Assembly: GCA_944358815.1 (NCBI GenBank)
Contig: CALVRX010000013.1
Coordinates: 1 to 57,352, forward strand
Reading direction: 5' to 3'
DNA length: 57,352 bases
Source of the DNA: an uncultured Bacilli bacterium
Lineage (GTDB): Bacteria > Bacillota_I > Bacilli_A > RF39 > UBA660
Positions 51,528 to 57,352 of this stretch are shown here, piece by piece. The translations under genes were made by a program, and so were the position numbers. The stretch's first letter is position 1. Each line of letters opens with the position of its first letter. A model generated the notes under the pieces. The model was not told the origin of the DNA and did not search any database. It saw only the letters and a list, made by a program, of their open reading frames with translations.

Positions 51528-51962
51528 TCATTCCTTATTTATATTCGCAATTGTGCAACTATCTGCATCAGTAATATTTTTATTTATCCTAATATCTTTT
51601 TCTGACGCATCTTTAACCGCACAAATATGAGCATCATTACTCCAAAGTGCTAAAGAAACTTTACCATTTTCATCAACACTAAACTCTCCAGCATCTGGTA
51701 AATCACCATCAGTTTTCAAAACATTTTTTTCTGTTTCTGTACTCGTCTTATAATTAATAAAAAGTGTTGTATTTTCATTTGCCGCTTGTTTTTCTGCTTG
51801 ATAAGTGCCAGCTGCCACCACTAAACCATGTGCACTATCCACAAAGGCTTTTTCTCTAGAAGATTGAATTATATTTAAAACAATAGGAGTTGTTATCAAA
51901 GCAATAATCGCAATAATTGCAATAACTGCTAAAAGTTCAACTAACGTAAAACCCTTTTTCAT
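51528..51962 (-). CDS. Type IV pilin
   Basis: MKKG|FTLVELLAVIAIIAIIALITTP class III signal peptide; C-terminal Cys pair; GAGGAGG RBS. Confidence 0.9.
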   Translation of the reverse strand: MKKGFTLVELLAVIAIIAIIALITTPIVLNIIQSSREKAFVDSAHGLVVAAGTYQAEKQAANENTTLFINYKTSTETEKNVLKTDGDLPDAGEFSVDENGKVSLALWSNDAHICAVKDASEKDIRINKNITDADSCTIANINKE

Positions 51963-51963
51963 A

Positions 51964-52329
51964 TTATTCAACCTCCTCGACATCATAAGCATATTCTGTA
52001 GCTCCCACTTTTTCAATACAAACCTTAGTTAATTGTGAAAAATTATCATTAGTCTTCGGATTTTTTATATCGACCGGTAAATAACCATTTTTTTGTAAAT
52101 ATTCGATTGTCTGACAAGCCTTATCTCCTACACTTACCGGCATCTCATCCAAATGTTCCGTATAATAATCCTCTCCACCTTTTTTTAACTGTTCAATTTG
52201 TGTTTCATATAAATCTTCTCTGCCACTATCTAACGATCTATTAATAGCTGGCACCGTAATCAATGCAATAACTCCAAGTATTGCGATAACTCCAAGTAAC
52301 TCTGCTAACGTGAAACCTTTATTATTCAT
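51964..52329 (-). CDS. Type IV pilin (ComGC-like)
   Basis: MNNKG|FTLAELLGVIAILGVIALITVP; LQKNGYL...KNPKT; Cys pair. Confidence 0.9.
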   Translation of the reverse strand: MNNKGFTLAELLGVIAILGVIALITVPAINRSLDSGREDLYETQIEQLKKGGEDYYTEHLDEMPVSVGDKACQTIEYLQKNGYLPVDIKNPKTNDNFSQLTKVCIEKVGATEYAYDVEEVE

Positions 52330-52403
52330 ATCATCACCTATATTAATTATACAACATTTTCTTTTATAAATAAAATAAAAAGTAACTATTTTTCATAATT
52401 ACT

Positions 52404-52625
52404 TTACTCATTTACTTCAAAATTTTCCAATTCTCCATTTTCTGTTACTATTTTATTCACTTTTTCTTCGATATTTTTTAACTCCGCATCACACTCTTTA
52501 ACTAATTTCATCGCTTCTGTATATTTTTTTATCGATTCATCTAAAGACACTTCACCATTTTCTAAAACAGCGATTGTCTCTTCTAACTCTTTAATCTTAT
52601 CTTCAAATTTTTTCTCTTTTGCCAT
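52404..52625 (-). CDS. xseB: Exodeoxyribonuclease VII small subunit
   Basis: FEDKIKELE...LENGEVSLDESIKKY. Confidence 0.93.
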   Translation of the reverse strand: MAKEKKFEDKIKELEETIAVLENGEVSLDESIKKYTEAMKLVKECDAELKNIEEKVNKIVTENGELENFEVNE

Positions 52626-53897
52626 TTATTTGTCCTCCTTCACTTTTAAAACTTGTGTTTCTATTAAACCATCAGTTAATTTTATCTGTAACAAATCATT
52701 TTCTTTAACGCTCTTTATACTCTTCAAAGCCTTATCATTTAAATAAGTAATACTATAACCTCTGCTTAATATATTTAATGGATTAAGCAAATTAAGTTTA
52801 TCAATTATATTTTTAAGCTCCAATACCTTATCTTTGTAAATCAACTGTGGATTAGCTAAAACATAACTCTTTTTAATTTTCTCAAGTTCATTTTTATTCC
52901 TATCTACTTTTCCCAAAATAAGATCATTTAATTTATCATTTATCAAAGCTAAATTCTGCTTTTTGCTGTCAAACATAATCATTGGATTCTTAATTACAAA
53001 TGAATTTTTTACTGATTCCAAATACAATTTTAAATAATTAACTTTTTTATAAATAGCTTCATTAAGTCTAATAGACAACTGATCGATATGTTTCTTTAAA
53101 TCACTCATATTAGGCACTGCTAGTTCTGCTGCAGCTGTCGGCGTTGGAGCTCTCAAATCAGCCACAAAATCAGCAATTGTAAAATCAACTTCATGACCTA
53201 CTGCACTAATAATAGGCACTTTACTATTATAAATAGCCCTAGCAACCACTTCTTCATTAAAAGGCCATAAATCTTCAATAGAACCACCACCACGACCAAC
53301 AATAAGTACATCTAAATCATATCTCTGTGCTCTTTCAATATTACGAACAATATCATCTTTAGCATTCTCACCTTGAACTAAAGTTGGAAACAAAATAGTC
53401 TCACATATTGGAAACCTTCTCTTAATAGTAGTTATAATATCACGAATAGCTGCTCCTGTACTAGCCGTTACAATACCTATTCTTCGTGGAATCTTTGGAA
53501 TTGATCTCTTATGTGAAGCATCAAATAAACCCTCAGCTTGTAATTTTTTCTTAAGTTGTTCAAAAGCAATATATAAATTACCTACTCCATCTTCAAGCAT
53601 TTCATCGACATATATTTGATAACTTCCCATTGCCTCATAAATACTAATTCTTCCTCTAACTAAAACCTTCATCCCATCTGCCGGCTTAAAAAGAACCTTA
53701 TTTGCATTACTTCTAAACATCACCGCATTAATTTTACTACCTTCATCTTTTAAAGAAAAATAAAAATGACCAGTAGTATGTGCTTTAAAATTAGAAATTT
53801 CCCCTTTTAAAAAAACCGTTTGCAAATTTTCATCGACATCAAATTTTGCCTTTAAATAACGAGTAATGGCACTAACTGAAAGATATTTATCACTCAC
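52626..53897 (-). CDS. xseA: Exodeoxyribonuclease VII large subunit
   Basis: GEISNF, GHFYFSLKD, GRGGGSIEDL, VGHEVD, APTPTAAAE. Confidence 0.96.
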   Translation of the reverse strand: MSDKYLSVSAITRYLKAKFDVDENLQTVFLKGEISNFKAHTTGHFYFSLKDEGSKINAVMFRSNANKVLFKPADGMKVLVRGRISIYEAMGSYQIYVDEMLEDGVGNLYIAFEQLKKKLQAEGLFDASHKRSIPKIPRRIGIVTASTGAAIRDIITTIKRRFPICETILFPTLVQGENAKDDIVRNIERAQRYDLDVLIVGRGGGSIEDLWPFNEEVVARAIYNSKVPIISAVGHEVDFTIADFVADLRAPTPTAAAELAVPNMSDLKKHIDQLSIRLNEAIYKKVNYLKLYLESVKNSFVIKNPMIMFDSKKQNLALINDKLNDLILGKVDRNKNELEKIKKSYVLANPQLIYKDKVLELKNIIDKLNLLNPLNILSRGYSITYLNDKALKSIKSVKENDLLQIKLTDGLIETQVLKVKEDK

Positions 53898-54301
53898 TAT
53901 TGCACCTTTTCATGATAAATTTTATCTAAAACTCCATTTATCATCTTTCTAACACTATCATCGCTATATTTTTTAGCAAGTTCAACTGCCTCATTAATAG
54001 CCACAACATCAGGCGTATCAGTATACAAAAGTTCAAATATTCCCATTCTAAGTATTGCCATATCCGTATTACCTAATCTATCAATAGTCCAGCCATCTAA
54101 ATATTTATTTGCCAGCTTATCTATATCATTTTTATAAGTCAAAACCCCATACACTATTTCTTTAACATATTCATTGTCAATTGGTGACACCTCAGAAATC
54201 ACATCGTCGACATTATACTGCATATGTGCCTTATCATAAACTGTCATCTGATATAAAATAGTCATACATTTTCTTCTAAGTTCGCTTCTATTTTCCGTCA
54301 T
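53897..54301 (-). CDS. nusB: Transcription antitermination factor NusB
   Basis: RSELR...[29 protein letters not shown]. Confidence 0.93.
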   Translation of the reverse strand: MTENRSELRRKCMTILYQMTVYDKAHMQYNVDDVISEVSPIDNEYVKEIVYGVLTYKNDIDKLANKYLDGWTIDRLGNTDMAILRMGIFELLYTDTPDVVAINEAVELAKKYSDDSVRKMINGVLDKIYHEKVQ

Positions 54302-54412
54302 ATCATAAACAAGCAGGTTAAATATTAACCCACCATACTCCTTTCCACAAAATCTATATTCAATTATATCACACGCCCAAATAAATTCAAAGACTTAAAT
54401 TATTCAAAAACT

Positions 54413-55486
54413 TTAGTGTAAATGTTTTGCCTTTAACTCTTCATTACTCACGCCAAATCGTTTTATAAAATCTTTATTAGACATCACCAAATAATTAAAT
54501 GCCTTATGATCTAAAACAATATTATTAAAAATTAAATAATCCATACGTGCCAAAGTAAGATTTTCACTTTGTATTAAATAAGTTGGTCTTCTTACTACCT
54601 CAGACTCTAATGACGCGTTTTTTAAAATATCCAGTTTCTTATTTACACCTGCCACTGAATAACTAAAAATCATAGGTACCTTCGTTGTTATTCTAATAAC
54701 ATCATTATTAGAATAACCTCGATTCAAAAAATTTTGAAAAGTATTCGCAATATTTTCTTCACTCAACACATATATTATCGGATTTACTCCCGTAATATGA
54801 TTAATCTCGTCTTCACTATAACCCAGTTTAACCAAACACTTTCGTTTATTTTCAAGCGTATCCACACTTACAACCATAATATTAGAATTTCTATAAATCA
54901 TCTTCTTGATACGTTCACTATCATAACCTTTAGAAAGTAAATAATCATAATTCTTCTGTAAAAGTTCTAAACTATAAGTATAAATCATAGGCGAATCCTT
55001 AGTAATTTTATTAATCTCCTTATCATCAAACCCAATTTTTTTTAAAAAATCACGTTTACTATTTAATTTCTTAGAAGAAATACTAAATAAACTAGGAAGT
55101 ATTACCGTAAGTTCATGCACTGTAGTTTTAAAATAACCATAATCCTTTAAAAGATTTAACTTTGTTAAAATAAGATTTTCACTAATTGTTAATAATTGTG
55201 GAAGTTTTTTAGTCATTTTTTTTATCTCATCATCTTTGTAACCTAGTTCATGCAAAAAAGCAAAACGCCTATTTAACGTTTTGATCGGATAATTCAATAA
55301 AGCTGGATTACAAGTCGTCATATAAATAATATCTTCATCTAAAAAACCCAACCCTTTTAAATAATTAAACATAACTTTTACCTTAGACTCCAAAGTAGGT
55401 AAACTAAGCCTACTTCCAACATAACTATTCATAATCTTAATTTGTGACTTCTCATCATAACCTAATTTACTCAATAATTCAGACAT
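54413..55486 (-). CDS. mTERF-like tandem repeat protein
   Basis: About eight repeats of about 35 aa, pattern (L)GY/FxxxEIxxMxxxxPxLLxxSxxxLxxKxxxL, ending VVRRPTYL. Confidence 0.7.
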   Translation of the reverse strand: MSELLSKLGYDEKSQIKIMNSYVGSRLSLPTLESKVKVMFNYLKGLGFLDEDIIYMTTCNPALLNYPIKTLNRRFAFLHELGYKDDEIKKMTKKLPQLLTISENLILTKLNLLKDYGYFKTTVHELTVILPSLFSISSKKLNSKRDFLKKIGFDDKEINKITKDSPMIYTYSLELLQKNYDYLLSKGYDSERIKKMIYRNSNIMVVSVDTLENKRKCLVKLGYSEDEINHITGVNPIIYVLSEENIANTFQNFLNRGYSNNDVIRITTKVPMIFSYSVAGVNKKLDILKNASLESEVVRRPTYLIQSENLTLARMDYLIFNNIVLDHKAFNYLVMSNKDFIKRFGVSNEELKAKHLH

Positions 55487-55495
55487 ATCAATCAC

Positions 55496-55864
55496 CTACA
55501 TTTTTCTTAATGAAAATAAATACCAAAAATGTACATAAAAATATAAAATTATAAATATCGTCCATCCTAAAATGGGTACTACTAAACTAACAATCCACGG
55601 ATAAGGTAATAAATAAACCTCTTCCCCCGGGACCTTAAATTTTAAACTTACCAAACAGCCAATCTTAATCGAAAAAACTAATAACATAATAAGTCCTGGA
55701 AAAATGCCCATCATAAATCCCAAAACCCAATAGTACCAACGATGATACCAAGCATCTTTATCATATAAATCTAACTTATATGCGATATAAAATGTGAAAA
55801 GTCCTAAAGTTATAACATTTAAAATTAAATAAATCCAAAATTTTTTCCGCATCTTCTCCATCAT
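55496..55864 (-). CDS. Hypothetical membrane protein
   Basis: Three to four TMs, LNVITLGLF motif; AAGGAG RBS. Confidence 0.65.
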   Translation of the reverse strand: MMEKMRKKFWIYLILNVITLGLFTFYIAYKLDLYDKDAWYHRWYYWVLGFMMGIFPGLIMLLVFSIKIGCLVSLKFKVPGEEVYLLPYPWIVSLVVPILGWTIFIILYFYVHFWYLFSLRKM

Positions 55865-55907
55865 AACGTTCTCCTTTGAAGGGTCAAAAAAAAGATAAAT
55901 AATTATC

Positions 55908-56099
55908 TTATTGGCAAGTTCCCTCACCTGGTTTAGACCCTTCGACATACTCTTTATCTATAAGTTTACAAGATGTTTTTGTCATTGAGTCTTGAAGATA
56001 GCCCCCCAATAGCTTAACTAAACTAACGACTACTACACTAATAATCGCTATAATTAGTAAATATTCTACTAGGGCTTGACCTTTATTATTTAATTTCAT
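55908..56099 (-). CDS. Flp/Tad-type (type IVb/c) pilin
   Basis: MKLNNKG|QALVEYLLIIAIISVVVV (G|QxxxEY motif); GGAGGG RBS. Confidence 0.85.
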   Translation of the reverse strand: MKLNNKGQALVEYLLIIAIISVVVVSLVKLLGGYLQDSMTKTSCKLIDKEYVEGSKPGEGTCQ

Positions 56100-56235
56100 A
56101 AAACCCTCCACAAAAATATCATAACTTATTTCAATTATAATTTTTTTTTTAATAAAAATCAACCCCATTAGCAAAAAACAAACAAATTTAAAGACAAAAA
56201 GTATAAAATGTGTTAAGATAAAAATGGTGAGAAAG

Positions 56236-56520
56236 ATGAAAATAATTGAAGCCAAAACTTTCTATCAAAAACTAAAAGGCCTTATGTTTCAAAAAGAATT
56301 TGATTACATTCTCAAATTTAAAACAAATGGCATCCATACTTTTTTTATGAAAACAAACATTGACGTTATTTTAACGGATAAAAATAATAAAATCTTACAC
56401 ATCTATAAAAACCTAAAACCAAATAAAATAATATTACCCAAAAAAGGTGTAAAATACATCTATGAAATACCTGTAAACTATATAAACAAAACAAAAATCG
56501 GAGATTATTTTAATCCCTGA
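56236..56520 (+). CDS. DUF192 family protein
   Basis: AKTFYQKLKGLM, IHTFFMK, IDVI, YE; this family is often found near Tad/Flp loci. Confidence 0.8.
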   Translation: MKIIEAKTFYQKLKGLMFQKEFDYILKFKTNGIHTFFMKTNIDVILTDKNNKILHIYKNLKPNKIILPKKGVKYIYEIPVNYINKTKIGDYFNP

Positions 56521-56529
56521 TTTTTTTAT

Positions 56530-57352
56530 TTACCCTAAAATATATGGATCTGACGCTGTTCCTGTACCTCTCGTGATTTGGACTTCAGAAGAAAGAGTTA
56601 TAGCGGGCCTGACTCCATGGTATGTAGTGCTCACATAGTCGCTGTTGACGCCGCCACTGCTGTGCACGGTGAACACGTAGCTAGAGGAGTCAGAATTAGG
56701 CGACAAGGTCCACCAATAATTAATACTTGAATCAAACATCCAATCGCTATTCTTACATGTCCTATAATTATTTTTATTTAAACTAAATGTTCCACACTGT
56801 TTTTTATTTGAATTTGCTCTTATATATTCACTTAACGTTGGTAAGGCTACTTTTACTTTTGATGTTGTTCCTTTTTCATCACTAATTTGGTCTTGTATAT
56901 AATTATTACCCAATGTTACTGCACCCGCATAATACGTTGCTTCTACTATTTGACTTTGAGCTGTGCTTGTTAAACTATTATAATAATCCCCATTCAAATA
57001 AGTATTTAAAGTTGCAGGAAAATTCCAATTATTTGAACTGAAACTATCCCATGCTAAATTATCAGAAGTATTTATATCTGCATCCCTCATTATCTTTATC
57101 GTTCCATCTGAATTTATGGATATGATTCTCCAACCTGCTATTTCATCATTAAATGTTACATAATTATTGGGATTGGCTCCTTTATATGTATATTTTCCGT
57201 CTTCATATTCATCTTTGTATAACCCATCTCCTGAGGTTACTATATCAGTATTATCTAATATTGAATCACCAGTAGTAGGTTCTTTTGTACATTCTGCATA
57301 AAGCTCATCTATTGCTCCTTGAACATCACTCGCCTGCATTCCACTCGCCGTA
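56530..57352 (-). CDS. C-type-lectin-fold/DUF6273-like surface protein, probable DGR target (partial, starts beyond window)
   Basis: Frame open to the window edge; KGANPNNYV, WRII, VALPTLSEY, WWTLSP...GVRPAITL, GTGTASDPY. Confidence 0.8.
   Translation of the reverse strand, partial: TASGMQASDVQGAIDELYAECTKEPTTGDSILDNTDIVTSGDGLYKDEYEDGKYTYKGANPNNYVTFNDEIAGWRIISINSDGTIKIMRDADINTSDNLAWDSFSSNNWNFPATLNTYLNGDYYNSLTSTAQSQIVEATYYAGAVTLGNNYIQDQISDEKGTTSKVKVALPTLSEYIRANSNKKQCGTFSLNKNNYRTCKNSDWMFDSSINYWWTLSPNSDSSSYVFTVHSSGGVNSDYVSTTYHGVRPAITLSSEVQITRGTGTASDPYILG
56601..56716 (-). repeat. Putative DGR variable region (VR)
   Basis: About 55% GC (61/110 by hand count over 56601-56710); 19 of 35 codons between WW and GVRP end in C; pattern fits A-to-N mutagenesis of AAC/AAT codons. 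Confidence 0.7.

Overview
AT-rich chromosomal segment of a low-GC, apparently genome-reduced but spore-forming Bacilli. The gene style resembles uncultured gut RF39-type lineages (inference). Most genes lie on the minus strand. The backbone is Bacillus-like housekeeping and sporulation genes: fhs (frameshifted), recD2, mtaB, ylmC, sigG, sigE, spoIIGA, T-box plus proS, dtd, rel, comN, spoVB, PFOR, rpe, rsgA, prkC/prpC, rlmN, secG, rpoZ, tgt, yneF, lexA, xseAB and nusB. Single orphan genes are interspersed throughout. The surface repertoire includes two class B sortases, an NPKTG-anchored protein, three type IVa-like pilin domains and an Flp pilin. Top observations: (1) an in-frame fusion of an intact ribulose-phosphate 3-epimerase to a type IV pilin, where the whole enzyme appears to act as the cleavable prepilin leader; (2) a gene at the right edge whose 3' end carries a GC-rich, NNC-codon-rich segment typical of a diversity-generating retroelement variable region, with no TR or RT in the window, plus a decayed paralog near 2.5 kb; (3) orphan hydrolase and repeat proteins, including an mTERF-like repeat protein, several of which share basic C-terminal tails; (4) unannotated small ORFs: a LexA-boxed SosA/YneA-like protein, a stand-alone Rpn C-terminal peptide and a YrzQ-like protein. 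No CRISPR array, rRNA, intact tRNA, integrase or intact transposase was seen.
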